Counted from the first letter of the stretch, positions 1 through 10,624 are shown. The stretch is 64,000 bases of DNA from an uncultured Alteromonadaceae bacterium (GCA_964482195.1 CAYZWL010000003.1:6643-70642); one strand, 5' to 3'. Notes: a model not told the origin generated them from the sequence alone. Numbers and translations: made by a program.

Positions 1-612
1 CTACCCGACATGGTCTACGCCGCCAATGGTGGGCTGGTGGTTGATGGCAAGGCGCTGGGCGCCCGCTTCCGCTATAAGGAGCGCTCCCCGGAGGGGCCCG
101 CCTATATGGCGCGGTTCGCCGAGCTCGGCTTTTCGGTCATCGAACCCGATGCTTTTAACGAGGGAGAGGGCGACTTTCTCACCGTCGGCCGGCTGATTTT
201 GGGCGGCACCGGGTTTCGCAGCGCGATACAGAGTCACCGCGAAGTGGCAAAAGCGTTTGCTATGGAAGTACTGTCGCTGGAACTCATCAACCCCAGCTAC
301 TACCATCTGGACACCTGTCTGGCGGTACTCGACGACAGCAACATCGCCTATCTGCCCAGCGCCTTCAGCGACGAATCGCTGCGGGCACTCGAAACGCGCT
401 TCCCCGACGCCATCTTGGCCTCAGAGGCGGACGCCGCGGTTTTCGGATTGAACATGGTCAGCGATGGCTACAACGTAGTACTGCCCCAGCAGGCGACTGG
501 AATGGTCGAACAGCTGACTGAACGGGGCTATCGCACCCACGGCCTCGACGTCAGTGAACTCAATCTTGGCGGGGGTGGCATCAAGTGCTGCACCCTGGAA
601 CTGCGACAATGA
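1..612 (+). CDS. amidinotransferase / DDAH-superfamily protein, 5'-truncated by window edge
   Basis: Frame-1 ORF is open from nt 1 to TGA 610-612. The C-terminal LNLGGGGIKCCTLEL resembles the catalytic-Cys C-terminus of the DDAH/arginine deiminase/amidinotransferase fold. The N-terminus lies outside the window. Confidence 0.65.
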   Translation, partial: LPDMVYAANGGLVVDGKALGARFRYKERSPEGPAYMARFAELGFSVIEPDAFNEGEGDFLTVGRLILGGTGFRSAIQSHREVAKAFAMEVLSLELINPSYYHLDTCLAVLDDSNIAYLPSAFSDESLRALETRFPDAILASEADAAVFGLNMVSDGYNVVLPQQATGMVEQLTERGYRTHGLDVSELNLGGGGIKCCTLELRQ

Positions 613-1022
613 ATAACGAAACACTGGTGGCGGCAATGAACGCCCGCAAACCCCACTTTCTCGACCTGCTGGGCGGTGAGCTGGTCGCCATCGACCCCGA
701 TACACAAAGCTGCGAGTTTCACTTCCGTGTGCCACTCGACTACTGCCACAGCGGCAACGTCGTGCAAGGTGGTTTTGTGGCCGCCATGCTCGACGCGGCC
801 GCGAGTCATGCGGCTTTTGGCTGCGACCCAACGATCAAGAGTCTCGCCACCCTGGAACTCACCACCCACTACGCGGGTGTCACCCGTGGCGAGGAGTTGC
901 TGATCGTTACCGGCCAGGTTCACAAAATGACCTATAAGACTGCCTTCCTCGACGGCGAAATCGTGGATGAAAATGGCGACATCACCGCCATGGTTCGCTC
1001 GGTTGCCAAGCTGGGGCGCTGA
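609..1022 (+). CDS. PaaI-family (hotdog fold) thioesterase
   Basis: ATG at 609 overlaps the upstream stop (ATGA). The HSGNVVQGGFVAAMLDAA core is typical of PaaI/4HBT-type thioesterases. About 137 aa. Confidence 0.7.
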   Translation: MNNETLVAAMNARKPHFLDLLGGELVAIDPDTQSCEFHFRVPLDYCHSGNVVQGGFVAAMLDAAASHAAFGCDPTIKSLATLELTTHYAGVTRGEELLIVTGQVHKMTYKTAFLDGEIVDENGDITAMVRSVAKLGR

Positions 1023-1060
1023 GGCGCGCCCAGTTCCTCCGCGCCCCAACCCGACAACGC

Positions 1061-1771
1061 TCAGCGCGGCGCGTTGACCGCCACCCCGCGGGGTCGAGCG
1101 AGCTCGATCACCACCTTGCGCTCCATCGCCATGGCGTCGATATCGTGGCTCGCAGCCACCGATTGCCGCTCGCCGTAGCCATTGACCTGCAGACGATCCG
1201 CCGGGACACCGCTGGCCACCAGGCTGTCGGCGACCGCAGCGGCTCGAGCTTTTGACAGGTTCAGGTTGTCGGCGGCTGTGCCTCTCGGGTCCGCGAAACC
1301 GTGCACCCGAACGATCAGCTCCGGGTTGCGCTTGAGATAACGCGCCAGTGTCTTGAGGCGTGTCTGACCATCTTTGTTCAGCGTGGCTTCCCCGGTTTTG
1401 AACATCATCTCCAGTTCCAGCGAAGCCAGCATGGATTTCGCGAGCCGGGACTGATCTTGCCGCGCCGAGGCCAGTTGCTGCTCCAGGTCAGCCACCTGCT
1501 GCTGCGCTCCGCTGAGAGCGTGATTACGCGCTTCGAGGGCGGTCAGGGTCTGTTCAAGCTCACCGGCCTTACCGACCTCGTCAACCAGCCAGATACTGAC
1601 CAACAAGCCAGCCACCGCGCCGACCGGGCCCGCCGCCACCGCACCGGTGGCGATACTGCCAAGCGTTGTTAGCTCCTGCTTGGCCTCGGTTGAAAGATCG
1701 GCGGCGGCCTCATTGGCCGACAATGCCGACAGAGATGCCATGGTGATGGCCAGAACCATTGCTTTCTTCAT
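1061..1771 (-). CDS. OmpA-family (OmpA_C / peptidoglycan-binding) protein with signal peptide and coiled-coil
   Basis: Internal ATG at 1771 (MKKAMVLAITMASLSALSA) is preceded by GAGGAA. The C-terminus (VHGFADPRGTAADNLNLSKARAAAVADSL...NGYGE) is a typical OmpA C-terminal domain. The longer upstream extension in the ORF track has no RBS and an odd composition. Confidence 0.8.
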   Translation of the reverse strand: MKKAMVLAITMASLSALSANEAAADLSTEAKQELTTLGSIATGAVAAGPVGAVAGLLVSIWLVDEVGKAGELEQTLTALEARNHALSGAQQQVADLEQQLASARQDQSRLAKSMLASLELEMMFKTGEATLNKDGQTRLKTLARYLKRNPELIVRVHGFADPRGTAADNLNLSKARAAAVADSLVASGVPADRLQVNGYGERQSVAASHDIDAMAMERKVVIELARPRGVAVNAPR

Positions 1772-2056
1772 TGCTGTTTCCTCATCAATTGGGTTGGAAC
1801 AGCACACATTGAGCCGCACAAAACTGGCAGGACCGCGAACCTTTATGACGCGACAGATCTGAAATCTGTTGAATTGTGCCGAGCTGTCCGGGTAACGCCC
1901 ATTTCGGTGGTCGCTTGTCCAGGAATCTGTCCACCTATCCATGCACCCAGCGCAAGTCGGATTCGGTCATCAGCGACGTAAGCCTGATATCGACGCGCCG
2001 GCGCACGCGGCGAGTCCCCCAACAAAGAACGCGCCGACAACCCATGGAGAGTAGTT

Positions 2057-2560
2057 ATGAAAATGATTTCAACACTGATGGCCGTGCTCGCGCTGACCTT
2101 CGCCAGCGTTGCTAATGCAGGCCATCACGAAGGCCACGGAATGGCGTCTGCCGATATCGTCGATACCGCTGTCGCTGCCGGTCAGTTCAACACCCTGGCG
2201 GCTGCACTGGATGCAGCAGGCCTGATAGACACCCTCAAAGGCGACGGTCCGTTCACCGTGTTTGCACCGACTGACGCCGCCTTCGCTGCACTGCCTGCGG
2301 GCACCGTTGAATCACTGCTGAAGCCTGAAGCCAAAGACAAGTTGATCGAGATCCTGACCTACCATGTGGTACCGGGAAAAGTCCTGTCGACTGACCTGGC
2401 GGGTAAGGTGACCGAAGCGGGCACCGTGCAGGGCAGCAAGGTCACGGTGGACGCCACCGATGGTGTCAAGGTTGATAACGCCACTGTCGTCATGGCCGAT
2501 GTGAAGGCCAGCAACGGTGTGATTCACGTCATCGACGCAGTCATCATGCCCGGCATGTAA
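2057..2560 (+). CDS. fasciclin (FAS1) domain protein, secreted
   Basis: Signal peptide [24 protein letters not shown]1 hallmarks are present: [37 protein letters not shown]. Confidence 0.85.
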   Translation: MKMISTLMAVLALTFASVANAGHHEGHGMASADIVDTAVAAGQFNTLAAALDAAGLIDTLKGDGPFTVFAPTDAAFAALPAGTVESLLKPEAKDKLIEILTYHVVPGKVLSTDLAGKVTEAGTVQGSKVTVDATDGVKVDNATVVMADVKASNGVIHVIDAVIMPGM

Positions 2561-2673
2561 GCCTGCAGCGCGCCCTGTGCCGGCAATTGCAGCGCGGGGC
2601 GCGGTTTGAGTCGCCTGCCAAGGGAATGGCAACAGGCTTGGAGCCGGGCGACTTCCTCAGCCAAATTCAGTAC

Positions 2674-3444
2674 TCAGGCCGCCTGCGCCGCGGCTGTAGC
2701 CGCGGCTGTCGTCGCAACATTGGGGCCACGCACGTACTCGAGATAACGCGCAGGAGCCTTGAAGCCCAATTCCTCACGCACCGCGTCGAGCGACTCGTGC
2801 AGACGATCTTCCCAACGGGTCTTCGCCATCCACTCCGCGCCGAGCCCGATCAGACCTCCCTCGCTAACCAGACCATCAATATTGGCGTCGGGCAGTTTGT
2901 TTCGATACTCACGCCGTCCCATGTAAATGATGAAGTTGATGCCGCGGTTGGGCGTCTGTTTGGTCATAAACGACAACAGGCATAGCTCGCCGACTGGATC
3001 GCGTCCATACCCTGTCATCACATGCTGTAGATCGTGAATATCGCGCATGCGCTCAGCCAACCAGCGCTCGTCCTCGTTGAGATCAGGATTGCGCGGCGCT
3101 TCTTCGCTGGCCGCTATCAGTCCGTCTGCGGACAGGTGCTCGCCGTGAACGAAGTCATAGTAGGCACGGCCAATGCTGCCTTCCGGCATCGCCAGCAGTG
3201 CCTGCTTGTCATTGAGCACCGGCACAATCGCCGGCTTGTCGGCGAACAGTGCACGGCCTTCCGGGGTCTGCCCGAGGCGGCGAACCGAGGCGCTGATTGA
3301 ATCCCCCTTGAGGGCTTCGATCACGCGGAATACCTGGCTCGTGTCATCGGGGTTCTTGATCAATTCACGCATGGCCCGCAATGCGGTGAACGGCTTGACG
3401 CGCTCACGCTTCAATCGACGGAACAGCTGTTGCAGATTGGCCAT
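2674..3444 (-). CDS. Coq4-family protein (ubiquinone biosynthesis protein COQ4 homologue)
   Basis: 256-aa ORF containing HDLQH-x11-E (IHDLQHVMTGYGRDPVGE). This matches the HDxxH-x11-E putative zinc motif of the Coq4 family. Confidence 0.7.
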   Translation of the reverse strand: MANLQQLFRRLKRERVKPFTALRAMRELIKNPDDTSQVFRVIEALKGDSISASVRRLGQTPEGRALFADKPAIVPVLNDKQALLAMPEGSIGRAYYDFVHGEHLSADGLIAASEEAPRNPDLNEDERWLAERMRDIHDLQHVMTGYGRDPVGELCLLSFMTKQTPNRGINFIIYMGRREYRNKLPDANIDGLVSEGGLIGLGAEWMAKTRWEDRLHESLDAVREELGFKAPARYLEYVRGPNVATTAAATAAAQAA

Positions 3445-3596
3445 TGTTTTTAGTCCTGCAAATTCGTCAGAGCGCTAATGTAACGCGGATTTACATTGCT
3501 GCCCAGCCGACCAGAAATGATGGTTCGAACCCCTGTGACCATGGTGGTAAGTTATCGCCACATTCGTCTCTAGCCCCGTTCGGAGCCAATCCCATC

Positions 3597-6161
3597 ATGA
3601 AGCGCCTCTTCTCTGTGCTGATCGCCGTCAGTGCACTACTCAGTTTCACCCTGTCAGCCGCCGAAAGCCCTGATTACCGTATTCCGGCTGCCATGAACGT
3701 GACCAGCCAGTCCGTCGAGCTGCGGCTCGACCCCGATCAGGATGGCTACATGGGTACCACGACCCTGGCGCTGACGCTGGATGCGCCACTGGCGTCGCTG
3801 GCGCTGCACTGGATTGATCTGGAGGTCACCAGCATCGAGCTGACCGGTGCCTCAGGCACCCGAACACTGACCGCCAAGGCCGGTGACTGGGACATGTTTT
3901 GGCTCAGCGATGGCGACAACATCGCTGCTGGTACCTATGAACTTAGCCTGAGCTTCCGTGGCGACTACTCCACCGATGCCCTGGGCATGTACAAGGCCAC
4001 CGAGGGTGAAGAGAACTATCTCTTCACCCAGTACGAGATGACTCTCGCCCGCCGCACCTTCCCGCTGGTGGACGAGCCCGATACCAAGATCCCCTGGAAC
4101 GTCACCCTGAGCGCGCCTGCGCGATTCAAGGTCGCAGCCAATACGCCGGTCAAGAGCGAGTCCACCGAGGATGGCTGGGTAACCCGGGTTTTCGAAACCA
4201 CACCGCCCATGTCGAGCTACCTGCTGGCACTGGCCGTGGGCGATTTTGACGTCACCCCCATCGAAGGCATGGGCGTCCCAGGTGTGATCTACTCGCCAAA
4301 GGGCACAGGGGACGCTACCGGCTTCGCCGTGGCCCAGACGGCCCCAATCCTCAAGGCGCTGGAGTCCTATTTCGGTAGCAGCTACCCCTACAAAAAACTC
4401 GATTTCGTCGCGGTTCCCAACTTCACTTTCGGCGCGATGGAAAACGTCGGTCTGGTCACTTACCGCACCGAACTGCTGCTGCGCGGCGATGATCCATCTC
4501 CCAACGCGGCACTCAGCACCGTCAATGTCATCGCCCATGAACTGGCACATATGTGGTACGGCAACCTGGTCACGATGGCCTGGTGGGATGACCTGTGGTT
4601 GAACGAAGCTTTTGCCTCCTGGATGGCATTCAAGGTCACCAACGACCTTTACCCCCGCTACCAAGCCAATCTCTCATTGCCCCAGGCCAACGCCTTCCCC
4701 GCCGATGCACTCGGCGCAACCAAGCCGATCCGCAAGGAAGTCAAAACCGAGGAAGATGTTCTCGATGGGCTCGGACTCAATTATTCCAAGGGCCACTCGA
4801 TCCTGAACATGCTCGAGCAGTCGATTGGTGAAGCCAGTTTCCAGGCAGCGATCCGGGAATACATGGACAAGCACCAATGGGGCAACACCGTTGCCAGCGA
4901 CCTCTGGGATGCACTGTCACGCCACTCTGACTATGAAGTCGGCGAAGTTGCGGCGACCTTCCTCAACCAGGCGGGTTACCCACTGATCCGCATCGCTGAA
5001 GATGGCACCATCAGCCAGCAGCGCTTCGAAAACCAGGGCGCGGGTCTGGCCGCACAGGCATGGCAGGTACCACTCGCACTGAAGATCAAGACCGCCAACG
5101 GTATCGAGCAAATTACCCTGCCAGTGGGCCCCGAAGGCACTCAGTCGGCTGCGCTTGCTGAAGCGGAATGGGTGCTGCCCGCAAGCAATGGCAACGGCTA
5201 CTACGTCTGGTACACCAACCCGAGCCAGTACGCAGCGCTACTCGATGATACCGATGCCCTGAGCGACCGGGAGAAAGCCGCACTGCTGACCAATGGCAAT
5301 CAGCTGCTGAGTGCCGGCGTGGTGGACATGGGCCAGCACACCGCACTGTTGGCCGCGATGTCAGAACAGAGCAACGAAGAAATTGTGCTGAAAGCGGTCG
5401 AAGGGCTGCGTTCGGTAGCTCAGATGTACCGGGGTTCAGAACTCGAACCCGGCATGTCCGCGCTCATCAACACGCGCCTGAGTCCGTGGTATCTCAAATT
5501 GCGCCTGTCACCCAGCGAAGATGACAATGACAGCGCGCTCAAGCTGCGCCCGCGTGTCCTGCGTACACTTGCTGAGTACGGCAACAACCCTGAGATCAGC
5601 GGTGCGATGGCGACCCTCGCACAGAACTATTTGGAGAACCCCGATAGTGTCGATGCCGGGGTGGGCTTTGAGGCTTTGCGTGTCAACGCACTGAACAACG
5701 GTGACCTGGATCTCGCCAAGACCTACGTCAGCAATTACAGCAGTACCGATAACGCCACGCTCAAGTCCCAGCTGCGCTCAGCACTGTACTTCAGCGACCC
5801 CGAGGCCATTGAACATGTGCTCAAGGCACTTGCCGACGGCACGGTAGTGTCAGGCGACATCGCTTCTGCGCTGAGCGGCTTGTTCTACGCCAACAGCGAT
5901 CAAACGGCACTCTATGCACTGTTTGAGAAGCACTACGACGACCTGTTTGAGAATCTGCCCGAGTTCTATCGCCCCCAGATTCCACAAATTGCATCAGCGG
6001 GCTGCAGTGCGGGCAATGTCGAGCTGCAAAAAATCTTCTTTGCAGCCCGTGGTGATTTGTTGGCGACATCGCTGAGCAAGGCCCAGGAATCGGCCGGGAA
6101 TTGCGTCGCCAAATCCGCACGTGGTACTGAGTCGCTCAAGGCTTATCTCGAGGCGCAATGA
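3597..6161 (+). CDS. M1-family zinc aminopeptidase (aminopeptidase N-like), secreted
   Basis: GAMEN exopeptidase motif (FGAMENVGLVTY) and HELAHMWYGNLVT...WLNEAFA (HEXXH-x18-E). ATG at 3597 starts a signal peptide, MKRLFSVLIAVSALLSFTLSA. Confidence 0.9.
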   Translation: MKRLFSVLIAVSALLSFTLSAAESPDYRIPAAMNVTSQSVELRLDPDQDGYMGTTTLALTLDAPLASLALHWIDLEVTSIELTGASGTRTLTAKAGDWDMFWLSDGDNIAAGTYELSLSFRGDYSTDALGMYKATEGEENYLFTQYEMTLARRTFPLVDEPDTKIPWNVTLSAPARFKVAANTPVKSESTEDGWVTRVFETTPPMSSYLLALAVGDFDVTPIEGMGVPGVIYSPKGTGDATGFAVAQTAPILKALESYFGSSYPYKKLDFVAVPNFTFGAMENVGLVTYRTELLLRGDDPSPNAALSTVNVIAHELAHMWYGNLVTMAWWDDLWLNEAFASWMAFKVTNDLYPRYQANLSLPQANAFPADALGATKPIRKEVKTEEDVLDGLGLNYSKGHSILNMLEQSIGEASFQAAIREYMDKHQWGNTVASDLWDALSRHSDYEVGEVAATFLNQAGYPLIRIAEDGTISQQRFENQGAGLAAQAWQVPLALKIKTANGIEQITLPVGPEGTQSAALAEAEWVLPASNGNGYYVWYTNPSQYAALLDDTDALSDREKAALLTNGNQLLSAGVVDMGQHTALLAAMSEQSNEEIVLKAVEGLRSVAQMYRGSELEPGMSALINTRLSPWYLKLRLSPSEDDNDSALKLRPRVLRTLAEYGNNPEISGAMATLAQNYLENPDSVDAGVGFEALRVNALNNGDLDLAKTYVSNYSSTDNATLKSQLRSALYFSDPEAIEHVLKALADGTVVSGDIASALSGLFYANSDQTALYALFEKHYDDLFENLPEFYRPQIPQIASAGCSAGNVELQKIFFAARGDLLATSLSKAQESAGNCVAKSARGTESLKAYLEAQ

Positions 6162-6171
6162 GGAGTCGCAC

Positions 6172-6396
6172 ATGATGGGTGGTCTCAGGCAACGTATCGC
6201 CAACAAGTACCGCAGCAAGCTGCGTGAAAAGGCGATCGAACGCAGTAAAGTGCGCATCGCGCTGGCTGGTCGGAAGGTTGAAGAATTCGACCAGGCAGAG
6301 CTTGAGATCATCGTCAAAGAGGAAGAAGAAAAGCTGAGAAACCAGCTGCTCGGTTCAGTGGGCGTTGCGGCGCTTCTGGTACTGGGCATCACCTGA
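6172..6396 (+). CDS. hypothetical small tail-anchored membrane protein
   Basis: GAGGAG lies 6 nt upstream of ATG 6172. The 74-aa product has a charged helical N-part and a single C-terminal hydrophobic segment (LLGSVGVAALLVLGIT). No family recognised. Confidence 0.45.
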   Translation: MMGGLRQRIANKYRSKLREKAIERSKVRIALAGRKVEEFDQAELEIIVKEEEEKLRNQLLGSVGVAALLVLGIT

Positions 6397-6827
6397 TGTT
6401 GTTCCGGACCTTACTGCGGGCGGCCTCCGCGTGGTTTCTCTGGCGCTGGCTCGCCCCGCGCTGGAAAAGCACCCTGGCGCTGGTGGTCGGTTGGTTGCTG
6501 GTAACAGTGCTGCACTCGGAATATGTCGAATACGTTCGCATCACCGACAGCACCGAACTGCTCTGGCTGTCCTACCTGATTAAGTGGATCGTCGTTTTAG
6601 TCGGCATTTCCGCTTACGTCTGGTTTTCACTGCTGGGGTCATCGTCCACCCCAGCGACCAGCGAGAAGCCCAATGCCGGTGGCTCCACAGCCCCGGACCC
6701 CAGCGACAAACTGGAGAAAGTCACGGGCGATGATGGTTTCGATTTCCTGCGCGACAAGCCAAAGCTGGAAAGCCGCGGCGATATGATCGTCGGGCGCGGC
6801 CAGCACCCCGATACTACTGATTGCTGA
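6396..6827 (+). CDS. hypothetical membrane protein
   Basis: The start overlaps the upstream stop (TGATG). There are two to three hydrophobic segments followed by a Ser/Pro/Thr-rich linker. No family recognised. Confidence 0.5.
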   Translation: MLFRTLLRAASAWFLWRWLAPRWKSTLALVVGWLLVTVLHSEYVEYVRITDSTELLWLSYLIKWIVVLVGISAYVWFSLLGSSSTPATSEKPNAGGSTAPDPSDKLEKVTGDDGFDFLRDKPKLESRGDMIVGRGQHPDTTDC

Positions 6828-8553
6828 TCCAGACGGTCTGGTACGGCGCCAAGAAGATAATCTCGGTGGTCTCGGCATAGTGCTGCCCGGTGATCAGGTC
6901 GTGCCAGTCGTCAGTGGCAATCAAATTGATATCTGACAGGAACAGGGTCTGCTCCTGATCGGTCACGTTGTGAATGCAGAACACACTCTGGCTGCGGTCC
7001 ATGCTCTGGCGCCAAAAACCAAACAGATGCTCTCCCAACTGCAGGGTGAACTGGGTGGCGTTGGGGTGGAAAGCCGGCTGATGTCGACGGATCTGAATGA
7101 GATGGGTCAGCCGGGAAAAGATCTTGCCGTGTTCAGACTCTGGATTGGCCAGTTCAGCGGACAGCGCATCGTACTGCCACTGATGACGGTTGATAGACCT
7201 CGCATGCCCCGTGGCCTGCATGCGCGCGTGATCGTTGCGGGTGCCAAACAGGCTGTGGATGTAGATGGCGGGCACCCCTTCCAGCCCCAACATCACCGCG
7301 TGGGCACAGAGATAACGGTCAGCACACCAGCGATCTTCACCACCCTCGATAGTCCCGCGCATGGCATCAAAAAGTGCGATATTGATTTCGTAGGCCTTAC
7401 GGTGACCGCCGCGATGGGCACGCCATGACACATGCCCGCCGAAACGCTGCATGGTATCGATAAAGTCATCGATCTCTTCGTCACTGAGCAGACCCTCGGC
7501 GGGGCGTAGCCCTATCCCGTCGTGAGAAGCGATGAAATTGAAATAAGTTGTGCCGCTCTGCGCCGGTGGCATGCTCATCAGCCACTGGCCCAGATAACTG
7601 CTGTTGCCACTGATCAAGGTGTATACCAATAGCGGGGGCAGTGAGAAGTTGTAGATCGCATGCGCCTCATTGGCGTTACCGAAGTAAGCGAGATTCTGGC
7701 GGTTCGGAATATTGGTCTCGGTGATGATGATGGCGTCGGGTTCGGCGTGCTCGATCAAGGTACGCAGCAAACGAATCAACTCATGGGTTTGCTCAAGGTT
7801 GATACTCGATGTCCCTGGTAGCTTCCACAGAAACGCCACTGCATCCATGCGAAACACCCGCACTCCCTTGTCGAGGTGTAGGCGGATGATTTTGACGAAC
7901 TCCTCAAGCAACCGAGGATTGCGAAAATCAAAATCGACCTGATCGTGGCTGAAGGTACACCAGACCCAGCGCTTGCCGTTCACGGTATCGACCTGCATGA
8001 GCAGTGGGCTGGTGCGAGGTCGCACCACCTGGGTGAGATCATCCTCAGGGTTGGCGGTAAAGAAATAGTCCTTGCCCGGGTCCCGGCCCAATTTGAAATT
8101 CTCGAACCACTGACTGTGACTGGAGCCATGGTTGAGTACCAGATCTCCCATCAGTCGATAGTCCTGGGATATCGCCTGGATGTCCTCCCATTCACCGAGC
8201 TTGTCATTGACCTCGGTATAATCGAGCACGGCAAAACCGTCGTCAGAGGTCCATGGAAAAAATGGCAGGATGTGTACCCAGCTGACGTGGCTGTCCATGT
8301 GCTCCAGCAAAAAGCGATGCAGGGTGTGTAGAGGTCGCTCACCCTCCGACAGCAACGTATCCCCATAGGTGATCATGGCGATATCGGTTTCATCCCACAA
8401 ATTGCGATGCGAGGCAGGCGTCATCGTCGCGTGATCCAAGCGCATGGCACCCATCAGCTTAATGGTCAGATCAGGCAAACTTTCCGTGGGTAAAACATCC
8501 CGATAGATCGTTTCAAGATGTCGCAGCATGCGCTGCGCTAGCTGTGAATTCAT
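6814..8553 (-). CDS. GH13_18 sucrose-phosphorylase-family glycoside phosphorylase, likely glucosylglycerate phosphorylase
   Basis: Alpha-amylase-family catalytic blocks are present: VFRMDAVAF (nucleophile Asp), IIITETN (acid/base Glu), [13 protein letters not shown]. The ATGA overlap with the upstream GpgS-like gene places it in a glucosylglycerate context. Confidence 0.75.
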   Translation of the reverse strand: MNSQLAQRMLRHLETIYRDVLPTESLPDLTIKLMGAMRLDHATMTPASHRNLWDETDIAMITYGDTLLSEGERPLHTLHRFLLEHMDSHVSWVHILPFFPWTSDDGFAVLDYTEVNDKLGEWEDIQAISQDYRLMGDLVLNHGSSHSQWFENFKLGRDPGKDYFFTANPEDDLTQVVRPRTSPLLMQVDTVNGKRWVWCTFSHDQVDFDFRNPRLLEEFVKIIRLHLDKGVRVFRMDAVAFLWKLPGTSSINLEQTHELIRLLRTLIEHAEPDAIIITETNIPNRQNLAYFGNANEAHAIYNFSLPPLLVYTLISGNSSYLGQWLMSMPPAQSGTTYFNFIASHDGIGLRPAEGLLSDEEIDDFIDTMQRFGGHVSWRAHRGGHRKAYEINIALFDAMRGTIEGGEDRWCADRYLCAHAVMLGLEGVPAIYIHSLFGTRNDHARMQATGHARSINRHQWQYDALSAELANPESEHGKIFSRLTHLIQIRRHQPAFHPNATQFTLQLGEHLFGFWRQSMDRSQSVFCIHNVTDQEQTLFLSDINLIATDDWHDLITGQHYAETTEIIFLAPYQTVWISNQ

Positions 8554-9788
8554 TTGACGAACATCGACTCGGTAAACTCGGCGTGATCGGCTTCGACCGC
8601 CGCCTCAAGCCGCGCAAAAATATCGGGCACCGCCGAAACCACCCGGCTCCAACTCGGCGTAAATGGGGTTTCCATGGGGCGCTCTAAGAAGATAGTCCCG
8701 GCATCAACAATATTGCGGGCGAACATCTCCACCGCCTTTTCCTCGCGATGGATATCGAAGTCCAGCCCATTCATCAACGCGTCGTTGCGATAGGTCTCTA
8801 CAAAATCCAGCGCAATGCGGAAATAGGTGGCCTTGAGTGTTCGGAAGGTTTCCTTGGTAAACACATGCCCCTGGGTGGCGAGCTTGCGGAAGATCGCCTT
8901 GGAAATATCAATCGACATGCGCGATAGACCCGCTCGCTGGTCTTCGAGTGAAAGATCCTGGTGCTTGTGGTCGTAGACATCGGCGATGTCGACCTGGCAC
9001 AGGCGATTGTTGTTGTAGTTGCGAAACACTTCTGACAAAACGCCGATTTCAAGACCCCAATCGCTGGGGATGCGAATGTCCGACAACACATCGCGGCGGA
9101 AGGCGAACTCTCCCGCCAAGATGTATCGGAAACTATCGAGGTAGTTCAGGTAGGGCGTCTCACCCTCAACACGCTTCAGCGCACGGATGAGCGGTGTCAC
9201 AAGCAAGCGGCAAACACGCCCGTTGATACGGTTGTTCGCCAGTCGGGCGTAATACCCCTTGCAAAACTCGTAGTTGAACAGGGGGTTGGCCACCGGATAG
9301 ATCAGGCGCGCGAGCAGATCTCGGTTGTAGGTGACGATGTCGCAGTCGTGCAGTGCAATCGACTCGGCCTCCGCTGTCGCCAGCACGTAGCCCATGCAGT
9401 ACCAAACGTTGCGGCCCTTGCCCGGCTCCCTGGGTGCCAGGCCCAGCTCTTCCAGCTCTGCGTCGATCGCCCGCAAGCGGGGACCATCGTTCCAGAGCAC
9501 ACGGTGATGCTGTGGCAGCTCGTTGAAGAAACGAATCGCGTGCTTGTATTGGTCTTCGTCGGCGCGATCGAGACCAATGACAATCTGCGACAGGTAGGGC
9601 ACCTGTTTCAGTTCGCTGACAATGTGGGGCAGGGCATCGGTCTGCAGCTCCGAGTACAGCGAGGGCAAGATCAAACCCATGGGACGCCGCTTGGAGAAAC
9701 CGAGCAGTTCCGCTTCAATCTCATCGGTGGAGCGCGCATTGAGATTGTGCAGCGTGGTGATAATGCCGTTCTGATGAAAATCTGCCAT
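8550..9788 (-). CDS. gpgS: glucosyl-3-phosphoglycerate synthase-like glycosyltransferase
   Basis: The 412-aa product starts [16 protein letters not shown] and has a DxD motif ([11 protein letters not shown]). It resembles GpgS-type enzymes as I recall them. The neighbours are a phosphoglycerate-sugar phosphatase and a glycerate kinase. Confidence 0.65.
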   Translation of the reverse strand: MADFHQNGIITTLHNLNARSTDEIEAELLGFSKRRPMGLILPSLYSELQTDALPHIVSELKQVPYLSQIVIGLDRADEDQYKHAIRFFNELPQHHRVLWNDGPRLRAIDAELEELGLAPREPGKGRNVWYCMGYVLATAEAESIALHDCDIVTYNRDLLARLIYPVANPLFNYEFCKGYYARLANNRINGRVCRLLVTPLIRALKRVEGETPYLNYLDSFRYILAGEFAFRRDVLSDIRIPSDWGLEIGVLSEVFRNYNNNRLCQVDIADVYDHKHQDLSLEDQRAGLSRMSIDISKAIFRKLATQGHVFTKETFRTLKATYFRIALDFVETYRNDALMNGLDFDIHREEKAVEMFARNIVDAGTIFLERPMETPFTPSWSRVVSAVPDIFARLEAAVEADHAEFTESMFVK

Positions 9789-9796
9789 CGCGGTGG

Positions 9797-10618
9797 CTAC
9801 TCCCCTAGTTCAGCCAATATGTGTTCGAGCCCCTGGGCCCAACCGGTGGGCCCATAGGCCTCGCTGAACCGGGTTCGCGAATCGCGTCCCAGCACAGGTG
9901 GTTCGTGAGCGGGCGATCTGACCACAAGCGCCCAGTCTGCAGCCTCCAGCATAGCGATATCGTTGTGGCTGTCGCCAGCGGCGATGCTGACAGGCCTGTC
10001 ACCCCATTGCTCGGCGTAACGAGCGTGCAGCCACTGCAGGGCGCGCCCTTTGTCGCTGGCACCGGAGACATGGGCAAAACGGCCGCCTTGCAAGACCACA
10101 CCCCCATGACTCCGGATAAAAGCGATAAACGCCTCGCGATCTGCGCCCTCCACCAGCCAGTGCAGTGGCTCACCGTACTCACGCGCTGCAGCGCGGGTCG
10201 CCGCCTCTGGCGACAGACCTGTCAGGGCGACGATTTCATCAACCGTCATCTGCGAAAAGCCCTTGGCAACCTGGCCAACCGCAGCATAGGCGCGCTCAAT
10301 CAGGTCCAGCCAAGTTGCTCGGGGCGCCACGAATGACTGGACCCGAAACTCGCCGACACGCGGTAGCGCCCCAATGCCTGGCAAAGAGGACTGGGTTGGG
10401 ATCAGCACTGCAGCGCCATTCTCGACGATACAGGGATCCTCACTGCCCAGTTCGGCACGCAGGGTCTCAAGCTCCGCACGGGTCTTGCTGGTCGTGGGTA
10501 CGACCGGCACACCCCGCGCGCGCAACGCGTGGAGCATATCGGCGGCTGGCGCCCAGCTGTAGCTGTCGTGGTCCAGCAGGGTGCCATCAAGATCGGTATA
10601 CACCACGCAATGAGGCAT
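9797..10618 (-). CDS. gpgP: HAD-IIB mannosyl/glucosyl-3-phosphoglycerate phosphatase family protein
   Basis: N-terminal VVYTDLDGTLLDHDSYSW (DxDGT) and the C-terminal GDSHNDIAML block are typical of the YedP/MpgP family. A GGGGAG RBS is present in the upstream gene's 3' end. Confidence 0.7.
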   Translation of the reverse strand: MPHCVVYTDLDGTLLDHDSYSWAPAADMLHALRARGVPVVPTTSKTRAELETLRAELGSEDPCIVENGAAVLIPTQSSLPGIGALPRVGEFRVQSFVAPRATWLDLIERAYAAVGQVAKGFSQMTVDEIVALTGLSPEAATRAAAREYGEPLHWLVEGADREAFIAFIRSHGGVVLQGGRFAHVSGASDKGRALQWLHARYAEQWGDRPVSIAAGDSHNDIAMLEAADWALVVRSPAHEPPVLGRDSRTRFSEAYGPTGWAQGLEHILAELGE

Positions 10619-10624
10619 GTATCG

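Noticed and set aside
1021-1050. Candidate bidirectional terminator between the PaaI and OmpA-like genes (ggcgcg-N11-cgcgcc). A similar weak stem lies at about 2565-2612 after the fasciclin gene.
   Set aside because: The stems are 6-7 bp with large loops and no clear U-tracts.
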